From NCBI GenBank assembly GCA_964250315.1, contig CAXUFS010000002.1, forward strand, positions 1 through 55,443: DNA of 55,443 nt, read 5' to 3'. This document shows, piece after piece, positions 53,661 through 55,443 of this stretch; positions within the stretch are counted from its first letter, which is position 1; each line of letters starts with the position of its first letter. The stretch is from an uncultured Kineosporia sp. GTDB lineage: Bacteria > Actinomycetota > Actinomycetes > Actinomycetales > Kineosporiaceae. The notes under the pieces are model-generated. The model was not told where the DNA came from. It did not search any database and worked only from the letters and a program-made list of their open reading frames with translations. A program made the translations under genes and the position numbers.

Positions 53661-54704
53661 TCAGCCGTGAGGCAGGACGGCGACCTTGATCGCGTCCGGC
53701 GAGGCGGCCGCCTTCAGCGCCTGCGAGATCTCCTCCAGCGGGAACCGGTGCGTGACCAGGGAGCCGACGTCGACCCGCCCCTGCTCGATCAGCCGGACGG
53801 CGGCGGCGTACTCCTGCACAGTCGAGTTGGAACTGCCGGTCACGATGAGCTCGCCGTAGTGGATGCGGTTAGGGTCGATCGCCGCCGCCGAGCTTGAAGG
53901 GAAACCGGCGAACAGGCTGACCCGGCCGCGCGGCCGGGTCGCCTCGAGGGCCTGGTCCACCAATGCGGGTACGCCGATGCAGACCACGGTCACATCGGCC
54001 CCGGCCTGGCCGGTGACCGACCGGACCAGGGCGAGCAGGTCCTCTTCGGTGGGATCGACGACGTGGTCGGCCCCCAGCCGCGACGCGATCTCGCGCCGGA
54101 GGCCGACAGGCTCGCTGACGATCACCTGCCGGGCGCCGAAGACCCTGGCGAGCTGAGCGTGCAGGAGCCCGATCGCACCGCCCCCGATCACCAGCACCGT
54201 GTCGTCCGGGTCGATCGCAAGCATCCGCTGCGCGTGCAGCACGCAGGACAGCGGCTCGGCCAGTGAGATGTGCTCGAAGGGCACCCGGGGATCGGTGACC
54301 ACCAGGTTTCCGGCCGCCACGGCGGCCGCACCTACCGTGAGGAAGTCCGTCAGCCCGCCGTCCAGGTCGTGACCGAGGACGTGGGCGTTGCGACAGAGGT
54401 TGAAGAAACCCCGCTGACAGGCGTAACAGTGCCCGCACGCCAGTTCGGGGGACATGCCGACCCGGTCTCCGATCCGGTACCCGGTCACGGCGTCGCCGAC
54501 CTCCACGACGGTACCGGCCACCTCGTGGCCGAGCACCACCGGCGGGGTCACCCCCTTCGACTTGGCTCCGCTGGCGATCCGCAGGTCGGTGCCGCAGATG
54601 GTGTCCGACTCGATCCGCACCCGGACCTGCGCCTCGAGCAGAGCAGGCAGGGGCAGGTCCCGCACCGACACCCGGCCCTCGCCCTCGTAGACCGCAGCTT
54701 TCAT
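53661..54704 (-). CDS. Zinc-dependent alcohol/polyol dehydrogenase (MDR family)
   Basis: N-terminus MKAAVYEGEGRVSVRD. The catalytic zinc motifs are CGTDLRI and GHEVAGTVVEVG. The structural zinc Cys cluster is CGHCYACQRGFFNLC, and the Rossmann motif is VIGGGAIGLL. Confidence 0.9.
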   Translation of the reverse strand: MKAAVYEGEGRVSVRDLPLPALLEAQVRVRIESDTICGTDLRIASGAKSKGVTPPVVLGHEVAGTVVEVGDAVTGYRIGDRVGMSPELACGHCYACQRGFFNLCRNAHVLGHDLDGGLTDFLTVGAAAVAAGNLVVTDPRVPFEHISLAEPLSCVLHAQRMLAIDPDDTVLVIGGGAIGLLHAQLARVFGARQVIVSEPVGLRREIASRLGADHVVDPTEEDLLALVRSVTGQAGADVTVVCIGVPALVDQALEATRPRGRVSLFAGFPSSSAAAIDPNRIHYGELIVTGSSNSTVQEYAAAVRLIEQGRVDVGSLVTHRFPLEEISQALKAAASPDAIKVAVLPHG

Positions 54705-55443
54705 GGCGTTCCCCGCTTCCTGTCGAGGGTCGCCGGAGCAGAACCCCGGTCATCGTGGAGCACGGCTTCCATGGTCGGGGCGTCGGTGACGACGACGTCG
54801 ACGATGCCGCTGCGCAGGGCGGCTCGCATGATCTGCACCTTGGCCGGCCCGACCGCCACGGCAACCACCTCAGGGATGTCGCGCAGCGACTGCTCGTCCA
54901 GGCGCAGCATCCTGCGGCTCAGAGCGGTCTGCACGACCGAGCCGTCGGCGGCGAGCATGTGGCCACCGGCATCACCGACGGCACCGTCGGCGATGCTGTC
55001 CTCGAGATCCCCGCGCTGGGCGAAACCGGCCCGCAGTAACGAGGACACCTCGGGCGCCATACCTCCGAGACCGATCACGGCGACGTCCGCCTGGGCCGCC
55101 TCGGCGAGCACGCTCGCCACCGAATGCTGCCGCAGTAAGGCGTCCACCAGTGCCTCGTCGTCCAGCACCAGGGGCGCGTTCAGGGTCCGGTACTCCCCAC
55201 CCAGCCGGGCTGCGAAGGTTCGGGCGAGTTCCGGCCCGTCGATGGCGGGCTGCCGTGAACCGGCCGCTCCGAGCATCTGGACGGTCCGGACCTGGCGCGA
55301 CGGGTCGTCACTCAGGCCGTCCGCCACGGCCGTGACCGAGGTACCCCAGGAGATGGCGAGCGTGCCGTCCCTGGGCAGCCGCGCCTCGAGGTGGCGGGCG
55401 GCGAGCGCCTGGACACTGCTGATCCCGGGTATGACCTCGGTGG
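54701..55443 (-). CDS. SorC/DeoR-type sugar-binding transcriptional regulator (partial; 5' end beyond the window)
   Basis: The frame is open to the window edge. ...TEVIPGISSVQALAARHLEARLPRDGTLAISWGTSVTAVADGL...VAVIGLGGM...VVAVAVGPAKVQIMRAALRSGIVDVVVTD has the sugar-binding domain pattern of SorC/LsrR-like repressors. The stop overlaps the ADH ATG (ATGA). Confidence 0.8.
   Translation of the reverse strand, partial: TEVIPGISSVQALAARHLEARLPRDGTLAISWGTSVTAVADGLSDDPSRQVRTVQMLGAAGSRQPAIDGPELARTFAARLGGEYRTLNAPLVLDDEALVDALLRQHSVASVLAEAAQADVAVIGLGGMAPEVSSLLRAGFAQRGDLEDSIADGAVGDAGGHMLAADGSVVQTALSRRMLRLDEQSLRDIPEVVAVAVGPAKVQIMRAALRSGIVDVVVTDAPTMEAVLHDDRGSAPATLDRKRGTP

Overview
High-GC (roughly 70%) chromosomal segment. 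Several features point to Actinomycetota: GTP-type PEP carboxykinase, an LCP cell-wall ligase, a GT39 glycosyltransferase, and F420-type PPOX and LLM enzymes. I support about 50 intact CDS, one tRNA-Ser(GCU), three short tandem repeats, a few palindromic candidate operators, and six decayed genes. I found no rRNA, CRISPR array, transposase, integrase or phage genes.

Gene content by region:
- 1-21.9 kb holds housekeeping and accessory genes: a partial LuxR/AAA regulator, amidohydrolase, DUF554, FAD dehydrogenase, PPOX-F420, LtrA, GntR, DUF6328, ACT protein, histidine phosphatase, acyl-CoA ligase, LCP, tRNA-Ser, DUF899, MBL, two MFS transporters, pckG and an SDR.
- 22.2-28.8 kb is a minus-strand CUT2 sugar ABC importer operon with three SDR genes and an ABM-fold protein.
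- 28.9-44.6 kb is a patchy accessory zone. It contains ArsR-SRPBCC, ABM, AraC, a D-Ala-D-Ala carboxypeptidase, an smtB / His-rich ORF / Fur(Zur-like) metal module, LLM, TetR, GT39 and a cNMP-TrxR fusion. All six gene remnants lie here.
- 44.7-47.5 kb encodes a ferric-reductase / FMN-binding / ApbE flavinylation module.
- 47.9-55.4 kb is a ChvE/GguAB-type sugar ABC transporter followed by a close LsrF-type aldolase/thiolase homologue, an SDR, a Zn-ADH and a SorC regulator that runs off the window.

Most interesting to me:
- the uncharacterised 27-His tandem-repeat ORF translationally coupled between smtB-like and zur-like genes;
- the LsrF-type enzyme in a non-lsr sugar/polyol locus;
- repeat and palindrome arrays in the ltrA, pckG and gguA-like upstream regions;
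- the density of decayed genes.

Limits: start codons are inferred from SD motifs and homologue N-termini and are approximate. All family calls come from motif recognition by eye, not database searches. Many long ORFs in the track are antisense shadows typical of high-GC DNA and were rejected.
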